Of a stretch of 64,000 nt of DNA, positions 58,211-64,000 are shown in pieces (the stretch's first letter is position 1; each line of letters begins with the position of its first letter). Position numbers and translations under genes: made by a program. Below the pieces are notes generated by a model. That model saw only the letters and a list, made by a program, of their open reading frames with translations, did not search any database and had not been told where the DNA came from. The DNA comes from an uncultured Chloroflexia bacterium (GTDB lineage: Bacteria > Chloroflexota > Limnocylindria > Limnocylindrales > CSP1-4), in the NCBI GenBank assembly GCA_963845925.1, contig CAWJUA010000025.1, forward strand, positions 88,600-152,599, read 5' to 3'.

Positions 58211-58425
58211 CAGGCGGGCAATGCTAACCGATCCTTGCCGTTTACGTGAAGGTTACGGAGGCGCGAATTGTCTCGTCACCGTGCGAGACGTGTCGACAGA
58301 ACGCACCACCAGGGATTGAACCGACGTGTCGATTGTCGGATAACTCTTAGATAACGGAGGTCGTGTATGGTCGACTTGCGACGTCTGCGGTACGGTTGCG
58401 ACCTCAGGGAGACGGCTGTCGTTCG

Positions 58426-60189
58426 ATGAAACGCGCCTCGGTCATCGTTCTGCTGGTTCTGCTGGCGTTGATGGCCGTCGGGCCCTTGGGTCCGGCGCCG
58501 GTTGCGGCCGCGTCCCGGGTCGCCCCCAAGGTGGCGATCGTCGTCGGTCCGGTCGGCGCGACGACGCCCTACTACATCAGCCTTGCGAACCAGGCGGCCG
58601 CGGCGGCCCAGAAGTACACCCCGAACGTCGTCAAGGTCTACTCCCCCGACGCGACGTGGCCCGCGGTGAAGCAGGCGCTCCAGGGCGCCTCGATCGTCAT
58701 CTACCTCGGCCACGGCAACGGCTGGCCAAGTCCGTACCGCAACGAGCTGACGCCCTCGACCCAGGACGGCATGGGCCTGAACCCCAACAACGGGGCGAGC
58801 ACCCACCAGTACTTCGGCGAGAATCGGATCGGCAAGGAGATCAAGCTCGCGAAGGACGCAGTCGTGATCTTCAGCCACCTCTGCTACGCGAGCGGCAACT
58901 CCGAGCCCGGCCTGCCCGAGGGGTCGCTCGACGACGGCCAGCAGCGCGTCGACAACTACGCCGCCGGCTTCATCCGGGCCGGCGCCGCGGCGGTCATCGC
59001 CGAGGCGTACATGGGCCCGGCCTACTACGTGAAGTCGATCCTCGGCGGCAAGTCGACCGTCGACCGGATCTGGCGGAGCGCACCGACCTACCACGGCAAC
59101 CTGCTCCGCTTCGACAGCCTCCGCAGCCCGGGCTACACCGCCGTCATGGACACCGACACGCCGACGGCCGGCTTCCATCGCTCGATCGTCCTGAAGAACG
59201 GGCTCGCCGCGGCGAACGTCCTCGCCGGCGCCGTCCGCATGCCGGGCGGTGGACGGGCGAACCTGCCGCCGCTCGAGCCGACCCTGTCGGGCACGGGCGT
59301 CGCGTTCAACTCGCCGGCCCTGTCGTCTCCGCCGACCGCCGGCGCGACGACGAACTTCACGTTCCACCTCTCGTCGTCGGGTGCGTCGACGCTGCCGGCC
59401 GGGCTCATGGTCGGCGTCCGCTGGGACCCGCTCGACGCCGGCGCGACCACGGTCACACCCGGCGCCTCCGCGCCGATCCCCACGCCGGGCATCACCGTCG
59501 CCCCGCCACTCCGGTCGCCGGCCGACCCAGGCGCGAGCCCGACGCCCGACGTCGACCCGGTCACGCTCGTTGCGCCGGAGGTCCTCGGCGACGTCGTCGC
59601 CCCGGTGGCGGCGACCGTCCAGGGCGACTCGGTCGTCGTTCCCGTCCGCGTCCCGTCGAAGGACGGCCTGTACCGTCTCGTCGGGACGATCCACGGCTCC
59701 GACGGCGTGGCCTATGACGCTGCGACCCAGGCCCTGATGCCGGCCCTCATCGTCCACGTGACGGGCCCGCTGACCGCGGTCTACGACCTTCCCCCTGCGG
59801 CCTTTGCGACCGCCGGCGGCCAGTTCAGCCTCCACGTCGGCGTCACGAACCTCGGCGCGGCGGCGTGGGGCGCGCCGGGCGTCAGCCACGGCAAGGGCGG
59901 CGCCGAGAGTGAACCCGCCCGGCGGGCCACGATCATCGCCCGCTGGGTCAACCTCGCCGACGGCACCGGCGCCACGACGGCGCCCGACGCGACGGCGCTG
60001 CTTCCGGCCGGGCTCGCCCCGGGCAAGGCGGCGGACGCGACGTTCACGCTGACCGCCCCGAAGGCCGTCGGCGACTACCTCCTGCTCGTCGACGTGATCA
60101 CGCCTCGCTCCGGGTCGCTGGCCGTTGCCGGCGTTCCGCCCGGGATCGTCCGGGTCACCGTCTCCGGCGCCGCCGCGCCGGCTCCGTGA
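58426..60189 (+). CDS. secreted clan-CD (caspase/gingipain-like) cysteine peptidase-like protein with C-terminal Ig-like domains
   Basis: The signal peptide is 'MKRASVIVLLVLLALMAVG'. The His-Gly/Cys dyad context is 'IVIYLGHGNGW' and, ~60 aa later, 'VVIFSHLCYASGNSEPG'. A beta-rich C-terminal half follows. GTG at 58363 is an alternative start. Confidence 0.55.
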   Translation: MKRASVIVLLVLLALMAVGPLGPAPVAAASRVAPKVAIVVGPVGATTPYYISLANQAAAAAQKYTPNVVKVYSPDATWPAVKQALQGASIVIYLGHGNGWPSPYRNELTPSTQDGMGLNPNNGASTHQYFGENRIGKEIKLAKDAVVIFSHLCYASGNSEPGLPEGSLDDGQQRVDNYAAGFIRAGAAAVIAEAYMGPAYYVKSILGGKSTVDRIWRSAPTYHGNLLRFDSLRSPGYTAVMDTDTPTAGFHRSIVLKNGLAAANVLAGAVRMPGGGRANLPPLEPTLSGTGVAFNSPALSSPPTAGATTNFTFHLSSSGASTLPAGLMVGVRWDPLDAGATTVTPGASAPIPTPGITVAPPLRSPADPGASPTPDVDPVTLVAPEVLGDVVAPVAATVQGDSVVVPVRVPSKDGLYRLVGTIHGSDGVAYDAATQALMPALIVHVTGPLTAVYDLPPAAFATAGGQFSLHVGVTNLGAAAWGAPGVSHGKGGAESEPARRATIIARWVNLADGTGATTAPDATALLPAGLAPGKAADATFTLTAPKAVGDYLLLVDVITPRSGSLAVAGVPPGIVRVTVSGAAAPAP

Positions 60190-60671
60190 TCCGCGTCGAG
60201 CGCGAGATCGAGGTCGAGCGCTCGGCGTCCGAAGTCTTCGACCGGCTGGTCCGCATCGAGGACCTGCCCCGCTGGCAGCCCGGGATCTCCGAGGCCACGC
60301 TCGAGACGCCGCCGCCGCTCCAGGCCGGCAGCCGGATCCGGCTGGTCGCCGACGTCGCCGGCCAGCGCGTCGTCGCGAACGGCACGGTCACAGCATTCGA
60401 CCGCCCGAGCCGGATCGCCATCACCGCGACGGCCGGCTCGACCGGCGTCGAGGGCGTCGTGACGATCAGCCCGATCGGTGCCGAACGCTCGAAGGTGGGG
60501 ATCGTCACCGCGATCAAGCTCGGCGGGATGCTCCGGTTCGTCGAAGGCGTCGCCCGCTCCAGGATCGAGGCCGAGGCGCCCGCCGTCGCGGCGTCGGTGA
60601 AGGCCTGGCTCGAGGCCGACGAGCCGCTCGCGGTCGGCGGCGCCGATACCGGGGAGACGAACCCGGGCTAG
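60186..60671 (+). CDS. SRPBCC (START/polyketide-cyclase-like) domain protein
   Basis: A 161-aa protein, 'ERSASEVFDRLVRIEDLPRWQPGI', with an alpha-beta grip pattern. Its GTG start overlaps the upstream stop as GTGA. Confidence 0.6.
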   Translation: MIRVEREIEVERSASEVFDRLVRIEDLPRWQPGISEATLETPPPLQAGSRIRLVADVAGQRVVANGTVTAFDRPSRIAITATAGSTGVEGVVTISPIGAERSKVGIVTAIKLGGMLRFVEGVARSRIEAEAPAVAASVKAWLEADEPLAVGGADTGETNPG

Positions 60672-60680
60672 GCTGACGGC

Positions 60681-61352
60681 ATGAGTGAGCGCGTCGTCCC
60701 GGGCTTCCTGCCCAGCACCAACGGCCTCCATTTCGCGAACAGCTTCCCGCCGGGCCCGACGGTCCGGTTTGGCCCGCTCGACCCGCGGATCATCGGGATC
60801 GGCGACGCCTCGGCCGGCCTCTGTGGCGGCATGTGCTACACGGTCCGCGACCTGTTCGAGGCGGACGTCAAACCGCCGCCCGACCGGACGCCGCCGGCGA
60901 ACGGCTCACCTCGCTTCAGCTCGATCGTCCGCCGCCAGGTGCAGTCGCTCGACTGGTTCATCCTGCCGGTCCGGTTCTGGACGAGGTCGGCGTTGGGCGG
61001 GTCGCTCGGCAGCGACCGGGCGGCTTCGACGTTCGAGCGCGAGTGGCCGCAGGTCCGGCGCCAGATCGACGAGGGCCACCTCGCGATGGTCGGCCTGATC
61101 CGGGTCGCCGGGGTGAACCCGTTCAAATTGACGGGTAACCACCAGGTGATCGCCTACGGCTACGCTGAGGACGGGCGGGGGGTGACCCTCCGCCTCTACG
61201 ACCCCAACTGGCCCGACCGCGACGACGTCACCGTGACGATCCACCTCGACCCGGCACTGCGCCCAACGCGCATGGAGCAGTCGACCAGCGAGCCGCTGCT
61301 CGGCTACTTCTCGTACGGCTACACGAAGGCCGACCCACGGGCCTGGCGCTGA
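60681..61352 (+). CDS. hypothetical protein with papain-like Cys/His motifs (clan CA-like)
   Basis: 'AGLCGGMCYTV' is followed ~110 aa later by 'GNHQVIAYGYAEDG'. The spacing and context resemble papain 'CGSCWAF' and 'DHAVAAVGYG'. There is no signal peptide. Confidence 0.4.
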   Translation: MSERVVPGFLPSTNGLHFANSFPPGPTVRFGPLDPRIIGIGDASAGLCGGMCYTVRDLFEADVKPPPDRTPPANGSPRFSSIVRRQVQSLDWFILPVRFWTRSALGGSLGSDRAASTFEREWPQVRRQIDEGHLAMVGLIRVAGVNPFKLTGNHQVIAYGYAEDGRGVTLRLYDPNWPDRDDVTVTIHLDPALRPTRMEQSTSEPLLGYFSYGYTKADPRAWR

Positions 61353-61383
61353 GCGGCGCTGCCCGCCGTCGCCGGTCGGCGCG

Positions 61384-64000
61384 TCAGCCGAGCTTCGGCA
61401 GCTCCTGCAAGTCCGTCTGCGCGCCGGCGAACAGGTCACCCCGCTCGGCAACGCGCTCGACGAGGTTCCGGATCGTGAACGAGTTGGACCGCAGCCCCGG
61501 GTCGTCCAGCTCGTCCCAGGTGATCGGCGCCGACACCGGCGCGCCCGGGGCCGGCCGGACGGAGTACGGCGCGACGAGCGTCTTGATGAACGTGTTCTGG
61601 GTGTAGTCGAGCCGGGCCCGGCCCTTGCGGGCCGCCTTGGCCCACTCCCAGGAGACGAGGTTGGGGACCATCGCCCCGATCGCCCGCGAGAGCTTCTCGA
61701 CCCAGGCGCTCGTGTCGTGGAACTCGTACTTCGGCACGATCGGCAGCCAGGCCTGGATGCCGCGCTTGCCGGTCACCTTGGGGTACGCCCGCAGGCCGAG
61801 ATGCTCGAACGCGGCCCGGTAGAGCCGGGCGATCTCGAGCGTCTCGTCCCACGTCGTCTTCTCGCCGGGGTCGATGTCGACGAGGGCGAACGTCGGCCGG
61901 TCCGGCCGGGGCAGCTTGCCGGTCCAGGCGTGGACCTCGAACGAGGCCTGGTTGCCGAGCCAGCACAGCTCGGCGACCTCGTCGGCGACCAGGTGGGTGT
62001 TCGCGTCGCGATCGTCGACTCCGACCTCCTTCCAGCGTCGCAGCCAGTCGGGCGCCGACGAGGGGATGTCCTTCTGCCAGAACCCGGGCGAGCCGGCGCC
62101 GTTCGGGAAACGCTGGAGGTTGAGCGGCCGCTCGGCGAGGTGCGTCAGCATCTGCGGCGCGATCCGGCCGAAGTACGCGATCAGCTCGCGCTTCGTGATC
62201 GGCTCCTCGCCGCTACCCTCGAGGGGCGCGAACAGCGGCTTGTCGAGGTTCGTCACCTTCAGCTCGCGGCCCCCGACCTGCCACAGCGCCTCGTTGGGCA
62301 GCGCCGCGAGCGCCTCGAGCTCGGCCTCGGTCGCGCCGGCGAAGGTCGCCGGCTCCGCGGGGGCGGGCGCCGTCTTCGCGCGCCGCTTGTTCGTCGATTT
62401 CGTCGATTCCGGCATGAGCTCCTCCGCCTGCGCCGCGGCCTCCTCCGAGGAGACCGCCTGCTCGCGGGTCACGGCCAGCGGGTCGTGGCCCTCGTCGATG
62501 CCCTTGAACGCGGTCTGGCGGACGATCCCGTCCCGCGTCCAGCCGCCGATCTCCGCCCGGATCACGAGCTCCGGCTGGACCCACGTCACGAGGCGCAACT
62601 CGCCCTTCCGCTCCGGGGCCGGGTCGAACGGGGCGCGGTCCGTCTCGAGCGGGGCGAGCCGCCGCCGAAGCTCCGTGCGCCACTTGCCGGTGAACCCCGA
62701 GCCGACCTTGCCGGCGAACCGCAGCGCGTCGCCCTCGTAGACCCCGACCGCCAGCGCCCCCAGGTCCCTGGCGTTGCCCTCGCCGGGCGTCCAGCCGCCG
62801 ACTACGAGCTCCTGCTCGGGCCGGATCTTGATCTTCAGCCAGGCCGGCGTCCGGCGGCCCGGCTCGTAGGTCGAGCGGCGGAGCTTGGCCACGACGCCCT
62901 CGAGCCCGCGCTGGCTGGCCGCCTGGTAGAACGCCCGGCCGTCGCCCTCGACGTGGGAGGCATAGCGCACGCGCGGCGATTCGCGCAGGACGCTCCGGAG
63001 GAGCCGCTTCCGATCCTCGAGCGGGACGCGGAGCAGCGAGCGGCCGTCGAGGTAGAGCAGGTCGAACGCCTGGTAGAGCAGCCGGCCGGGGTGGCCGCCT
63101 CGGCCGTCGCGGCCTCTCGTGCCGCCGGACCCCCGAGAACCGCTCCGGCTCTCGCTGATCGCCTCCTGGAGCAGCGGGAAGTCGGGCACGCCCTGCTCGT
63201 CGACGGCCACGACCTCGCCGTCGACGACTGCGGTCTGGGCGGCGATCCACGACGGGGTTCGCGAGCAGGCCCGGGAAGTAGGTCGCACCGTCGAGGCCGC
63301 GCCGGGTGAACGTCCGGACCGCCCCGTCCTGGACGACGGCCTGGAGGCGATAGCCGTCCCACTTGATCTCGAACAGCCAGTCGGGATCGTCGAAGGCGTT
63401 GGTCGCGAGGGTCGCGAGCATTGGCTGGATGAAGCCCTTCAGCGGCGCCTCGACCGCGCCCTCGAGGTCGATCTCCGCGGCGGCCGCGGGCATGTCGCTC
63501 ATCCAGAGCGCCTCGCGCTTCGCCTGCACCTCGTCGTTCGTCCGGCCGGTCTTCACCGACTGCGGCAGGTCCTCGGCGTCCCAGCCGGCCGACGCCTGGG
63601 AGTCGCGCTTCTTGATCAGCAGCCACTGCTCGGAGTCGTCCTCGAACGCGGTCGTCGGGGCGGAGCCGGGCCGGCGGCTCGTCCGGACGATCGTGAAGCG
63701 GCCCCGGAGCTTCTCGCCGTGGAGCTCGAACTTCAGCTCGCCGTCCTCGACGGCCTTCACCGGGTCGGGCGTCTCGGCCTCGGGGACGAACGTGCCCCAG
63801 TCCCACACGATCACGTCGCCGGCGCCGTACTGGCCGCGCGGGATCACGCCCTCGAAATCGAAGTACTCGATCGGGTGGTCCTCGACGTGGACCGCCATCC
63901 GCCGGATCACGGGGTCGAGCGTCGGTCCCTTGGGGATCGCCCAGCTCGCGAGCAGGCCGCCGATCTCGAGCCGGAAGTCGTAGTGGAGGCGGGTCGCGCG
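61384..64000 (-). pseudogene. ligD: multidomain NHEJ DNA ligase LigD (PE-Lig-Pol order), 5' end beyond window, one frame change near 63270
   Basis: PE domain 'RATRLHYDFRLE..HVEDHPIEYFDFEGVIPRGQYGAGDVIVWDWGTF' and ligase adenylation Lys 'LFEIKWDGYRLQ' are in the frame running to 64000. The ligase C-terminus plus Pol domain ('LKVTNLDKPLF..RFPNGAG..YPKVTGKRGIQAWLPI') is in ORF 61384..63288. Confidence 0.75.

Noticed and set aside
58300-58345. tRNA-like T-loop resemblance ('gggattgaacc') upstream of the clan-CD peptidase gene
   Set aside because: No acceptor, D, anticodon or T stems can be paired around it. It is most likely promoter or leader sequence with a short direct repeat 'gataac..gataac'.

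Overview
This is a 64-kb, high-GC (~70%) actinobacterial-type chromosomal segment with genes packed on both strands. I found no rRNA, tRNA, CRISPR array, integrase or transposase. Every product call below is inferred by eye from motifs in the six-frame translations, not from any search.

Gene content, left to right:
- cyanophycinase and cyanophycin synthetase (cphB-cphA, synthetase 3'-truncated by the window edge)
- a GT87/DUF2029-like membrane glycosyltransferase and an MFS transporter
- a class-II (YafJ-type) glutamine amidotransferase divergent from an XRE regulator
- an ECF sigma factor, a membrane anti-sigma with a periplasmic beta-propeller and a TolB-like lipoprotein, contiguous with lhr-nei
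- a PadR regulator fused to a polytopic membrane domain, plus a small secreted protein
- a ~1-kb patch of gene remnants (PadR 5' end, TetR 3' half, MFS 3' half)
- two small stress membrane proteins, one GlsB/YeaQ/YmgE family
- a mannoside-utilisation-like locus: OmpR-type regulator, sugar ABC binding protein and two permeases, GH130, Gfo/Idh/MocA oxidoreductase and a large secreted glycoside hydrolase
- an ice-binding-like (DUF3494) secreted protein, an MFS transporter, a cupin, and a TetR-controlled membrane transporter
- OsmC and a sulfide/persulfide-handling operon: ArsR-type regulator, two DsrE-like plus TusA pairs, and SQR
- an AcuC-like deacetylase with a GNAT, DUF3052, and tatA
- a PTS-dependent dihydroxyacetone kinase operon: dhaM EIIA, HPr, dhaK, dhaL, ptsI
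- a Mug glycosylase and a NUDIX-MBL fusion
- a 1018-aa S8 peptidase with five tandem Ig/cadherin-like repeats
- YyaL, an FAD oxidase, an LLM/F420-type oxidoreductase, LCP, MFS plus MerR
- a clan-CD peptidase-like secreted protein, SRPBCC, a papain-like protein, and LigD (PE-Lig-Pol) running off the 3' end

Two observations stand out:
- A ~210-nt non-coding element occurs in two diverged copies, each directly upstream of an unrelated secreted-protein gene.
- Apparent frameshifts are very unevenly distributed: about 35 between 20.4 and 46 kb, against one in the first 20 kb.
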